Shown here piece by piece: positions 1-10,059 of a stretch of 64,000 bases of DNA. Both the position numbers and the translations under genes were made by a program. The notes under the pieces were generated by a model. That model saw nothing but the letters and a program-made list of their open reading frames with translations, made no database searches and was not told the origin of the DNA. This DNA comes from Rebecca billardiae RCC1528. Lineage: Eukaryota > Protista > Haptophyta. Within the stretch, counting starts at the first letter, position 1. Every line of letters starts with the position of its first letter. Location of the stretch: the NCBI GenBank assembly GCA_965240325.2, contig OZ251245.1:992001-1056000 (forward strand). Reading direction: 5' to 3'.

Positions 1-1459
1 GCCCAACAGCCTCCTCCTCGCCGTCCTGGCGCCGGCACGGCAGATACGCGGCGCGCCGACCTACTGCCCGAACGCGGACGCGCCAGCAGACGCCGGTCAG
101 CGGCTGCTCGCGCACCACGCGGCACTCGCGCGCTGCCCCACGATGGCGACGTGGTGCCCCTCCGGTTGGACGAAGCCATCTAATTCCACGCGATTGGAGC
201 GGCGACATCGGTCTCCGCTCTCGCCGCGCGACCTCGCGTGCGAGGCCGGGTGGAGCGGACGGCAGCTGCCGGTGCGCGAGGCCTGCGATTGGCCTCAGCC
301 GCGCGCGTGCACCGCCTCTTCGTCATACGGGCACTCCTTCCCTGCGCTGCTCGTCCACGCCAGTCGGGACACGGGCCTGGTCGTGTACAAGGCGAAGAAG
401 GCGGGCTCGACATTCATCGAGAAGTGGTGGAAGGCGTGCTTCCACGCGGGCGGCGTGGACCCCAACGAGCCCATCGAGTTCGCGCCGGGCGTGCGCGCGC
501 ACGCGCTGCTCACGGTGCGCGAGCCCGCGCAGCGCGTGCTCTCCGCGCTGGGCGAGCAGCTCTTCTGGAAGGCCGGAGAGGGCGTGACGCTGCGCTCCGG
601 CCGCGCGTTCCTGCCGTCGGTGACGGCGCTCCTCCGGCTCGCCGGCAGGGAGCACGCGGAGCAGATCGCGCGCACGTACGGCGGCAGCCCAGCCGAGTGG
701 CCCGTCGCCGCCTACGAGCGGCTGCTCGCCGGCCTGGTCGAGAGCGGCGAGGACTGGGTACTGAGCGGTCTTGGCCTGCGCGGGCCGGCGCTCGCGGCAG
801 CGCTACGGACACTCGTGCGCGCGACGGGCGGGCACGCGGGCGAGCGGGCCGAGCTGGCCACGCGCCACTCGCACGACGAGGCCCTGCGTCTGCACTCCTT
901 CCTCGCGCTCGCCGAGTGCACCGCTCGCTTCACGATGGCGGTGCAAGTGCTCAGCGCGTCGGCGAGCGCCACGCAAGCGGCGCACGCGGACGTGCCGATG
1001 CTCGAGAGGCACGAGCAGTACCTGATACGCCACCGGCCCTACAGGGACGGCAGCGAGCGGAGGTGGCGCGCGAGCGCGCAGGTGCAGCGCAGTGTGCACA
1101 CGGAAGTGCTCGACGACGAGCTCAGCGCGAGCCTGCGCGCAGCCAACCTCTCAGCGCTGCTGGATCGCTGCGGGCTCCCCGGGCGCATGAACAGCGCGGC
1201 GTCCAAGGAGCGGTACCGGCACGGCGAGCAGACGGCCAAGTCGCTGTACGCAGGCGGCGCACTCGACGCGCTGCTGCGCAAGGATGCGGCGATGATGCAG
1301 AGCGTTTGCCGCGCGTTCTACCAGGATTACGTCTGCTACGGATATGCACTGCCCGCAGAGTGCGATGACGCCCTCCACCCCGGCTGGCGATGTCCTGCCG
1401 CCAATTGGACGATTATGCCGCCCGTCGGAGACGTGGGCGCTGCCACGACGACCCTCTAA
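1..1459 (+). CDS. Sulfotransferase-like protein (Sulfotransfer_2-type), probably 5'-partial
   Basis: The frame is open from position 2 to TAA at 1457-1459. It has a 5'-PSB-like motif KAKKAGSTFI, a 3'-PB-like motif TVREPAQRVLSA and a C-terminal FYQDYVCYGY resembling the Y..D...FGY end of this family. Confidence 0.6.
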   Translation, partial: PNSLLLAVLAPARQIRGAPTYCPNADAPADAGQRLLAHHAALARCPTMATWCPSGWTKPSNSTRLERRHRSPLSPRDLACEAGWSGRQLPVREACDWPQPRACTASSSYGHSFPALLVHASRDTGLVVYKAKKAGSTFIEKWWKACFHAGGVDPNEPIEFAPGVRAHALLTVREPAQRVLSALGEQLFWKAGEGVTLRSGRAFLPSVTALLRLAGREHAEQIARTYGGSPAEWPVAAYERLLAGLVESGEDWVLSGLGLRGPALAAALRTLVRATGGHAGERAELATRHSHDEALRLHSFLALAECTARFTMAVQVLSASASATQAAHADVPMLERHEQYLIRHRPYRDGSERRWRASAQVQRSVHTEVLDDELSASLRAANLSALLDRCGLPGRMNSAASKERYRHGEQTAKSLYAGGALDALLRKDAAMMQSVCRAFYQDYVCYGYALPAECDDALHPGWRCPAANWTIMPPVGDVGAATTTL

Positions 1460-1942
1460 AGCTCTACCAGCCCCGCCCACTGTCAACGCAGTAGCTACCG
1501 TCCGTAGGCGTAGTTCAGCAGCGCGCCCGCGTGAGTGATGACGCGTCCGTCTGGTGACGGTCATACGTATATATCCGATAGAATTGGTCCCACGCCTGCA
1601 AGTTGTCCCGTCCCGCGCCGCCACTACTATATCTCCGACTATGAGGCTGTCAGCCGCGCCGCCGCTGGCAACAGACAGCAACAGTGACTCAGTGAGTAAT
1701 GTGAATCACGCGTCGGTCAGCCAGCCAGGCCCGGAGGCGTCTGACGAGTGCGACGGCCACACGTCAGCAAGGACGTAGTGGCTCAGCCCTGGCTGGATAT
1801 CATGTCTGCTCTTCAGTCACGACGTCGAAGCAATCGGCTATGCCAGCGGCACATGTGACACAGTCAGACTTTCAGCTCCGAGGTTCTTCTGACTTCCGTG
1901 CGAGGCTCGACCACCCGACTGTCGCGCCATCTGTGCTGCCGT

Positions 1943-2431
1943 CTACATGGGAACGAGATCAACGGTCTCAGCGGCGTGGTGGCGGTGGTGGTGGTGGCCG
2001 TGGTGGTGGTGGTAGCGCTTCTCCTCGAGCTCGAGCGCCTCGACCGCGTGGTGGCGGTGGTGGTGGCTGAGTGGGGAACAGGTTGTGATGGGGAGGGCAA
2101 GGTGTCAGCACGCGTGCATCCTCCGTGGGCGGGCGCGCGCAGTGGGCGCCAGCGCGGAGCGAGATAAACGTACTGGTGGTGGTGCCGCTTCTCGACAAGG
2201 TCAACCGTCTCCGCCGCGTGGTGGTGGTGGCGGCTGTCGTGGGCGAGGCGCGCGGGCACGCAATCAATGGTGAGTTCAGCACGCGCGCGCGACCCGCGCG
2301 CTGCTGACGAGTGGAGGCGGGCTCAGGCGTGGGGAATGTGGGTGGCGTGCGTACTGGTGGTGGTGGTGACGCTTCTCCTCGACGTCGACTTCCATGTCGA
2401 ACTCGACGGGCTGCATGTTGAAGAGATCCAT
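1943..2431 (-). CDS. 86-aa histidine-rich repeat peptide/precursor, 3 exons (2431-2355, 2233-2174, 2066-1943)
   Basis: ATG at 2431; introns GTACGC..ACAG (121 nt) and GTACGT..TCAG (107 nt), both phase 2; 77+60+124 = 261 nt ending in TAG. Product: MDLFNMQPVEFDMEVDVEEKRHHHHHRHHHHAAETVDLVEKRHHHHHHHRHHAVEALELEEKRYHHHHGHHHHRHHAAETVDLVPM. Confidence 0.75.
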
Positions 2432-2770
2432 TGCGATGGGACGGCGGGAGTCGAGTCGAGACCGGCCGGAGGAGCGTGAGCTTGTCGTCTGCGCTCGGTT
2501 TGCAAAATGTCCCGCCAATGGTGAGCGGACCTGAAAAGCGAGCGTTCGGCGGATGTAGCACAACACAGACGGAACGAACAATCGCGGGTCCGGGAGAGTA
2601 CCAAACAAATACCGTATCGGTCAGGGCAAAGGGTGTCGTCAAGGGAAGCATCGAGGTGGCGGTCGGCACCAAGGCCAGAGCAGTCGCGCGGGTGGACGCG
2701 AGGCGACAAGCCCCGGCGGACCACACGCACGCCACTTCCTTGGACAATCGAACGCGCACTCGGCTCAGCG

Positions 2771-2992
2771 ATGGCTCTTGTCGTGCAGTACCCCAGCGGG
2801 GAGATCTTGCAGTGCTCGGGGGCCATGAGCGGCGAGGAGCACATCGCCCCGCACTGCCTCGCAATCGCGCAGTCGGCAGCGGCGCTATTGGAAGGCGAGG
2901 GCGGTGGGCTCGAGCGCATGACCATCACGTTCGGCCGGAAGGCGTACATTTTGGCCTTTTCGCCCACGGCTGTGCACGTGACAAAGGCATGA
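2771..2992 (+). CDS. LAMTOR4: Ragulator subunit LAMTOR4-like roadblock protein (start may lie further upstream)
   Basis: GEILQCSGAMSGEE...LERMTITFGRKAYILAFSPTAVHVTK parallels, by eye, the LAMTOR4 pattern GAVLASSGDLENDE...[26 protein letters not shown]. First in-frame ATG at 2771. Confidence 0.6.
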   Translation: MALVVQYPSGEILQCSGAMSGEEHIAPHCLAIAQSAAALLEGEGGGLERMTITFGRKAYILAFSPTAVHVTKA

Positions 2993-3548
2993 GGCCCGTG
3001 CTCAAGCTTCCATTCTGCGTCCCTCTCACGGCGCCCTCTCACACGTCCTCGCAGCTCGCGGACGTCGTGGAGGGAGCCACTGGGCTTCGGGCTGCTGCAG
3101 TGGCGTTTGGCTGCTTCCAGTGTGGCAGCGCGTGTCACCATTGGGTCTAGTGGATCTCACTTACGGGTGACTTGGCGGATGGCCACGCGGGCGGGCGCCG
3201 GTCCGCACGAGCAGTGCCCACACATCAGCCGAGTCCGCGAGTGTCACTCTCCCGTCTCCGATGCCAGATGACTCATATCATCTAACTATACAGTCATATC
3301 ATCACTCTACATCATCATCAGGGCCGCCAGGCGCCCCTGCGCGCACTCAAATAAAGATATCCGGCCGCGCGCAGTGCGCAGTCGAGTCGTGAAGCCTGCC
3401 GGGCTGAGTCGACGGCCATCTGCCGATCAGTAGTGCCCGATACAGCCCGGCCCGCGGCCGCAGCCCGTGTCAGGCGATGCACGCGTGAGCAGACTACGGC
3501 TGCTTTGTCAGCATCGGCCCTGGGCCTGGCGTGCGCAGCCGCTCAGCA

Positions 3549-4796
3549 TCAGCTCGGCGCGCGGCGCTGCCCGTGGATGACTGCGTCCTCAAACGAGCCA
3601 AAGTCCCTGTCTGCGCGGAAGTGGCTCAGGTCGAAGGTGTGCGCGGCCGCGCCGTCCGTGGCGAGCGAGGCGAGCACGTCGCCGCACCACGGCGCCAGCT
3701 TGAACCCGTGGCCGGAGAACCCCGCGCCCAGCACGAGCCGCCCGCCGCCCGGTGTGCGCATCGCGTCCAGCACGTAGTCCTCGTCCGGCGTCATCGTGTA
3801 CGCACAGTGCTCGGTGCGGCGCGGGCCGGCGTCAGCGTCCACGTCCGGCAGGCTCGCGCGCACGAACTCGCGCACCGCCGCCTCGGCGTGCGCGTCGTCG
3901 ACGTCGTCGCGCGCGTCGGCGTCGTCGAAGTACGGGCCGTCGTGCAGGCCGAGCTTGATGCAGCCGTCCGCGGTGGGCATGCCGTAGACCTTGCCCTCCG
4001 CGTCGTAGTCGATGAGCACCGGGGTGGCAGCCAGCTCGGCCGCGCGCGCCGCTGGCAGCTGCCAGTAGCTGGTGCGCACCTTCTTGGGGCGCAGGGGTAG
4101 CTGGGCCCAGGGCGAGCGCGCTGTGAGCGAGAGCCGTGCGAGCAGCGGCCCGGCCCACGGCCCCGCCGTGAGCACGCACGCGGGCGCGCGGAAGCTCACG
4201 GCCTGATCGCCCGCGCCGCCCGCGCCGGCGCTCTCGACGCGAAGTTGGCCGCCGTCGTCGACAATGTCTGTCACAGCGTGGCCGGTGAGTATCGTGCAGC
4301 CCCGGCGCTGCGCGAGGTCGGCCAGCATCGCGCGCGCCGCGTCCGCGTGGATCGAGCCCGCCTCGGGCGAGTACACCGCCTCGTACTCGTCCGGCAGCCG
4401 GAGCAGCGGGAAGCGCTTTCGGACCGCCGCCGGCGTGAGCCGCTCGTACGGCACGTCGTAACGGTCGCAGCCGGCGACGAGGGCGGCGATGCCGGGGTTT
4501 CCCGCGCGCGCAAAGTCGAGCCCGCCCGTGCGCGTGATCACGCGCACGCCCGACTCGCCCTCCGCCTCCGCCCACAGCGCGTACGCGCTCGGCATCGCCT
4601 CCATGTAGTGCCGCTGCGGGTACGTGCGCCGGATGATGCGGCTGCAGCCGTGCGAGCTGCCTCGGTCGTGGGTGATGGAAGGGAAGCGCTCGATCAGGAG
4701 CGTGCGCTGCCCGCGCAGCGCGAGGCGCCACGCCGTCGCCACGCCGACGATGCCTCCACCCACCACGATCGCGTCGAACGCGGCCGCCGCCGCCAT
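3549..4796 (-). CDS. FAD-dependent monomeric sarcosine oxidase / L-pipecolate oxidase family
   Basis: Rossmann motif DAIVVGGGIVG, GSSHGCSRIIR, flavinylation-site motif CAYTMTPDEDYVLD and GFSGHGFKLAP. Confidence 0.92.
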   Translation of the reverse strand: MAAAAAFDAIVVGGGIVGVATAWRLALRGQRTLLIERFPSITHDRGSSHGCSRIIRRTYPQRHYMEAMPSAYALWAEAEGESGVRVITRTGGLDFARAGNPGIAALVAGCDRYDVPYERLTPAAVRKRFPLLRLPDEYEAVYSPEAGSIHADAARAMLADLAQRRGCTILTGHAVTDIVDDGGQLRVESAGAGGAGDQAVSFRAPACVLTAGPWAGPLLARLSLTARSPWAQLPLRPKKVRTSYWQLPAARAAELAATPVLIDYDAEGKVYGMPTADGCIKLGLHDGPYFDDADARDDVDDAHAEAAVREFVRASLPDVDADAGPRRTEHCAYTMTPDEDYVLDAMRTPGGGRLVLGAGFSGHGFKLAPWCGDVLASLATDGAAAHTFDLSHFRADRDFGSFEDAVIHGQRRAPS

Positions 4797-4894
4797 CGTG
4801 AACCCCAGCTACACTGGCAGCCACGGTGGCTTGCGGAAAGCTGGGTCGGACTGCACGGACTGCAAGGCCGGCGGCGGCGGCGCGCGCGGGCGCC
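4797..4894. promoter_or_regulatory. Putative bidirectional promoter (98 bp between divergent ATGs)
   Basis: Head-to-head oxidase and C2-protein genes; inferred from geometry only. Confidence 0.4.
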
Positions 4895-5907
4895 ATGCTG
4901 CAGCTCAAGGTGTTCGACGTGTGCTTCGAGCAGGAGCCGCCCGAGGGCGCGGAGTTCTTCGTCAACTGCGACATCGTCGGGCACACCCTCGAGGGCCGCG
5001 ACGCGCTCGCGTACGACCCGCGGGACGACGGGCTGCTCGAGTTCAACCAGACGTCCGTCTTTAGAGCGGAGCCGGGCACGGCGTTGCGCGCGGCGCTGCG
5101 CGACGCGCTCGCGAGCGCGGACGAGGAGGACGCGGACGTCTTCTTCATCGTGTACCGCGAGGGCTCCGCAGGCGACGGCGCCGACGGCACGCCGCGCGAG
5201 GTCGGCTCCGCCTTCCTCAACCTCCAGTCTATGCTCCGCGACCGTTGCGACCGCCTGGACGAGACGCTGAATCTGCTCGACGACGGCGGCACGCTGGTGG
5301 GCGCGATCAGCGTGAGCGTGCTCGGCTGGCCGTTCCTCGCGCGCGTTGGCGCGCCGCCCTTCGACGCGCAGCTCTGCCGCCTCGCGCACGCGCCGCCGCC
5401 GCCGCCGGGCGCGCGCGCCGCGCCGGCGGCGCTCTTTGTGTCGCTTGGGCAGCTGCAGCTCGCGCCGGCGCTGCTGTGGGCGCGCCGGCCGGAGCACGGC
5501 GCCGCGGAGGCGGGGATGGACGGCGTGTCGCTGGCGGATGTCTTCTGCGCGTGCGAGCTGCCCGGCGAGGCCCCCGGCGAGAACGCCGCCCTCGAGACCC
5601 CCTCCCTCACGCTGCCACCGCTCTCCTCGGTGGGGCTCGCGCCGGCGGCGCGCGGCGGCGGGAGCGGCGGCGGGAGCGGCGGCGGGAGCGGCGGCGGGAG
5701 CGGCGGCGGGAGCGGCGGCGGGAGCGGCGGCGGGAGCGGCGGCGGCGGCGGCGCGCAGCCGCCAGGCGGCGGCGTGGTGCTCACGTTCGACTGGACGAGC
5801 GCGCCGATACAGCTGCTGCGCGCGGAGCGCGTCGCCGCCGCGCCCGCGGCGTGTGCGCCAGCTGCCGCAGCCGCTCCCGCCGGCAGCGCGGACGGCGGTG
5901 GCCACCG

Positions 5908-5949
<42 letters not shown>

Positions 5950-7354
5950 CGGCGCGGCTGCTGTGGTCGAGCGGCTCGCCGCGGCGCTCGCGCCGGACGC
6001 GCCCGCCGCGGGCTCGGAGCTGCGCGTGGTGGTGCTCGCCGAGAGCGACAGGGGCGCCGACGAGCTCTGCTCAGGCACGCTCAGCCTGAGAGACGCGCTC
6101 GCGAGCGCGCGCGCGCTGCCGCCTGCAGACGGGAGATTGAATCTCGTCGTGCCGCTCGCGGACGCGGAGGGTGCGCCCGCGGGCGCGGTGAGCGTGGGGC
6201 TGGGCGGCTGGGAGGTGCTCGGCGAGATCGCCGCGCTGGGGGCGCAGGCGTCGCAGCCGCAGCCGACTGTGCGTGCGGCCGTCGCTGACGACGGAGCCAG
6301 CGCGCACAGTGCCCTAGCTGCGCCAGCTGCGGCGGCGGTGGCGGCGGTGGCGACTGCGGCTGCTCCTGCCGCCGGGGCGAGCGAAGGCGGCGCGGCCACG
6401 GGGCGGAGCGCGTCGCAGAGCACGTTGGTGGGCACGCCGGCGGCGGCGCCGGCCGCGGCGCCGCGGGCGTGCACCGCAGCGCAGCAGGCGGATGGTGAGG
6501 AGCCTGCGCGGACGGCGACACCGGCGGGAGCCGTGGCGGCGGCTGCGACGGCGGCGGCGCAGTCGCCGAGCGCGTCGGGTGTGCAAGCGGGCGCCGAGCG
6601 TGGCGCAGGGAGCATGGCGTCCTGCGCGCCGAGCGCCCACTGCCCGCCGGCGCAGGGTGTGCCGGCCGAGGCTGGCGCGCCGCTCGCGGGCGCCGCCGCT
6701 CTGGCCGCGCCGCGCGGCGGCGGCGGTGGGAGCAGCCGACAGTTGGGGCCGCTTCGCGTGGCCCCGCACCGCGCCTCGCAGCCGCAGCAGCCGCCACCGC
6801 CGCCACAGCCGGCCACCTGCCACAGCCCGCCGGGCGGCGGCGGCGGCCTCGGCGCAGCCGCGCACCCTGACCACCTCCGGGGCGGGGCAGGGCAGCAGCC
6901 GCCGCAGCCGGCGCCGCGGGGCCCGAGCCAGCGCGAGATTGATGAGCGCGCCGCGCACATGCGCGCGCAGAGGGACCAGCTGCGCGCGCGCCAGCCGCAG
7001 CCCGCGCCGCCCGCGCCGCCCGCGGGCAGCGGCAGCGCCGAGCCGGCCGGCCGCGGCGCGCCGCCGGCTGAGCGCCGCGGGAGCGGCGGTGGCGGCCGGG
7101 TGATGCCGTCGCCGCGTGTGCGGCCCCCGGGCGCGACGGCGGCGGCCGGGCAGCACGGCGCGCCCGCGAACGGCGCGCGCGCGCCGCCGCCGCGCCCGCC
7201 GCCGCTCCCGCTCGGCGCCGCGTCCGCAGCGGAGCCGGCGCTCGACGAGCGCCCCAAGAGCGCGCGCCGCATCAACGCCAAGCACGAGCGCATGCGCGCG
7301 CAGCTCGCGAGCCAGCTGCAGCAGGACCTGCAGTGGGGGCGGCAGCAGCAGTAG
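4895..7354 (+). CDS. Protein with two tandem C2-like domains resembling the RPGRIP1 C-terminal C2 domain, plus a low-complexity tail
   Basis: First ATG at 4895 (MLQLKVFD). Domain 1 has FFVNCDI..LEFNQTSVF..VFFIVY..EVGSAFLNL..VGAISVSV. Domain 2 has the LETPSL motif and ELCSGTLSL..AGAVSVGL. Confidence 0.55.
5654..5737 (+). repeat. (GGCGGCGGGAGC)x7 encoding (GGGS)7 inside the second C2-like domain
   Basis: Direct reading of a 12-bp tandem repeat. Confidence 0.9.
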
Positions 7355-7604
7355 TACTCACTAGTCGTAGCTGAGGCGGACGCGCGCACGCGCGGGGCTG
7401 CGCTGAGTGCGATGCTGTAATAGTACAGTTAGATGACAAGGCGCGCAGTCGTCGTATACCTGTCACTGTGCATCATATCGCTATATGCGGTCTGAGACTG
7501 TGAGTGACGAGTTATAGCGCGTGACTACAGATGCGCGCAGTGTGACGATAGATTCTTATAAAAGTGATACTATGATAGATGATCGATGATTGATGATGAT
7601 GACG

Positions 7605-7628
7605 ATATATATATATATATATATATAT
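7605..7628. repeat. (AT)n microsatellite in a convergent intergenic spacer
   Basis: Direct reading; preceded by GAT-rich sequence. Confidence 0.9.
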
Positions 7629-7904
7629 GCGATACGACTCACTGATATACACTACTGCTACGACGACTCGGTCGTCGAGTGTCAGTGACCGCGCGCACGT
7701 GCCGCGTCTGTCGAGAGTGCGCGCGCAGCCGCTGCTAGCTATAGCAGTAGCGCTCGTCGCGCGTCGCGCGCGGAGGCCGGAGTCGTCGGCGCAGCAGCGC
7801 GCGGTATGGCTGGGCAGCAGCAGTCGTGGCGCGCGAGCTGCGATGATCGAGAGCAGCCGCGCGACTAGATAGGTTGAAGAGTATGACGACCTGCCTGCTG
7901 GTTC

Positions 7905-10059
7905 TCAAGACAGCACGCAGCCGCAGCAGCACCCACCAGGTGTGCTGCCTTTGCCGGCGGTCTGCGGCGTCAACGCCGAGTCCAGCCGGACGTGGCCTGC
8001 ATCGATTTCGTCTGCTGCCGCCGGCGGCGATGCTGGATCGGGCGGGTCGGTGAAGGGGAGCCGCTTGGGCCCCGCCTCCGAGCCGTGGGGAAGGTGTTCC
8101 TGACGCATCTCCGTGTCCCGTTCGCTCTGCTCCGTACTGGGGCCGCCGTGCGCGGGTGTCTTCTGCGCTGGAGTCTCCGGTGCACGTTCCTGCGGCGCGC
8201 GGCGCAAGCGGACGATGCGCGTGACAAGAAGACAAGCAAGGGCGGGTGTCGCGGCACAGTCAGCGGCACGCACTCAAGGGGAGCCCGCTCGCAGTAGTTT
8301 GCTACCGCGCTGCCTCGTGCCCCTACGGGAAGAGCCGCATGCTCTCGCACGGCGCGGTGCACGGCGGCAGGTGGCGACGCTTACCTCGTGCTGCTGCGCG
8401 GCCGAGCCCGACTCACCGTCGTGCCGCAGCTCAGCGGGCGCCTGCGCCGCGCTCGCCTCCTCCTGCGCGACGGCCGCGTCAGCCGAGCCCAACTCGCCGT
8501 CGTGACGCGGCTCAGCGGGCGCCTGCGCCGCGCTCGCCTCCTCCTGCGCGACGGCCGTGTCAGCCGAGCCCGACTCGCCGTCGTGACGCAGCTCAGCGGG
8601 CGCCTGCGCCGCGCTCGCCTCCTCCTGCGCGACGGCCGCGTCAGGCGCCTCGCGCGCCGCGTCACGTTCGAGCAGGTCGGCGTCTTGACGCTCGAGCTCG
8701 GCGTACAGCGTGTGGAAGCGTGCGCGCGCCTCGCGCGCCGCGTCGCGTCCGGCGAGCAGGTCGGCGTCTTGACGCTCGAAGCGTGCGCGCGACTCGCGCG
8801 CCGCGTCGCGTTCGGCGAGCAGGTCGGCGTCTTGACGCTCGAGCTCAGCGCACAGCGTGTCGAGGCATGCGCGCGCCGCGTGCGCGTCCGCGGCCGCCGC
8901 GGCCGCCGCGGTCGCGCGCAGGCCATCCGCCTCCCGCTGGGCGGCGGCGCGCGCCTCCTCTTCGCGCGTGAGCGCTTTGCGTGCGGCGTCGAGCGCGGTG
9001 AGCAGCTCATGGACGTGCGCTTCGAGCTCGGCGATCTGCTCGGCCGCGGCCGCCGCGCGCTTGCGCTCGGCGCGCTGCGCGTCGTGGTGTGTCTGACTCA
9101 TGGCGCTCGCGCTGGTGGTGGCGGCAGCCTTAGCTGGGTCGTCATGGGCGCGGGCGCTGAGAAGTCCCATGCTCTGGAGCTGTGCGGCACTTGGCAGCTT
9201 CACGGAGCGGGAGGCGTCGCCGAGAAGAAGCTGCATGCGCTGCTCCAATACGCACATGTCCGCACGCTTCCAGTTCGTCTCGCCCAGGCCGGGCACCGCG
9301 CCAGAATCGAGCGCTCGTTGCGACAGCTTGTCCTCCATGAAGCGCTCCATCTTGGTCCGCTTGTCGTTGCGAGCGGCGGCTTCGTTGGTGGTGTGTTTCA
9401 TGATCAGTCTGCCGAGCCCGTTCTTGATGGCCTTGCTGCGCAGAGCCGCAGGCAGGCAGGCGACGAGTTCGTTGGTTGGGAGGGCATAGGCACGGCGCGC
9501 ACAGCACGGATGCGGAGAATGGTCAGCCAGGCAGCTGCAAGTACATGCGGCGCGCGCATCACGATGCCCCTTCCCAACCGCAGTCGTCTGTCTGCTGCCC
9601 GTCTGTGCACGGTTGGTTGGCAACCAGCCGGCGTGGTGGTGGTGGCCATAGTAGTAGCGCGGCAGCAAGCACTTACAACTTGCTTTCCTCGAGCGGCTCC
9701 GGAGCGCCGAGCCAGCGCATAGTCTGGTCGATGTCGCCGTTGAAGAGAAGGCACGTGCCAAACAGCTCCTCAAAGGCGCCCGCCCCTGCCCGCAGCTCCA
9801 GCGTCTTGGCATTCAGTGCATTGCAGGCCTTCGTCACTTCGGACTTGGTGACGCCGTAGTTGCACAGCAGCTGGTGAAACTTCTCGTAATCGCCTACTCG
9901 CATGTACAGTCCGACGAGCATGGCGGGCGATGCATTGTCCACCATACCTTGAGTGCCTGAGAGGCTGAGACGCCCAGGCACGTCCCGCTCTGCGAGCTCG
10001 CGGGTCGGTGCTGTGGAGCTGCGGATGCCGTGTCCTGTCTCGCGCTTGGCAGTTGGCAA
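7905..10059 (-). CDS. Spliced protein with BAF-like segments, coiled coil/repeats and a C-terminal CaaX (5' end uncertain)
   Basis: Exons >=9945-9677, 9435-8385 and 8189-7905. Introns 9676-9436 (GTAAGT..GCAG, phase 2) and 8384-8190 (GTAAGC..GCAG, phase 0) join three track ORFs in frame. The product ends GGCCCGCVLS*. Confidence 0.55.
8401..8643 (-). repeat. Three near-identical 81-bp coding repeats (DAAVAQEEASAAQAPAELRHDGESGSA)
   Basis: Units start at 8401, 8482 and 8563. The adjacent 8648-8862 region has three ERQDADLL(A)xRDAARE repeats. Confidence 0.85.

Noticed and set aside
1943-2431. Poly-His runs as His-tag contamination
   Set aside because: The runs are interrupted by canonical introns and interleaved with diverged repeated spacers, which fits a native gene.
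1-4796. Sulfotransferase, His-peptide and oxidase as a RiPP-like biosynthetic cluster
   Set aside because: The oxidase looks like an ordinary sarcosine/pipecolate oxidase and a LAMTOR4-like gene intervenes. Adjacency is the only evidence; co-expression data would be needed.
5654-5737. (GGGS)7 as synthetic linker or vector contamination
   Set aside because: It is a simple GGC-based slippage repeat embedded in native coding sequence with no vector features.
3832-7389. 1185-aa antisense ORF and similar long Arg/Ala/Pro-rich ORFs (e.g. 19351-21723, 34315-37344, 42598-46491)
   Set aside because: These are shadow frames of real genes, kept open by the scarcity of stop codons at very high GC; they contain no motifs.
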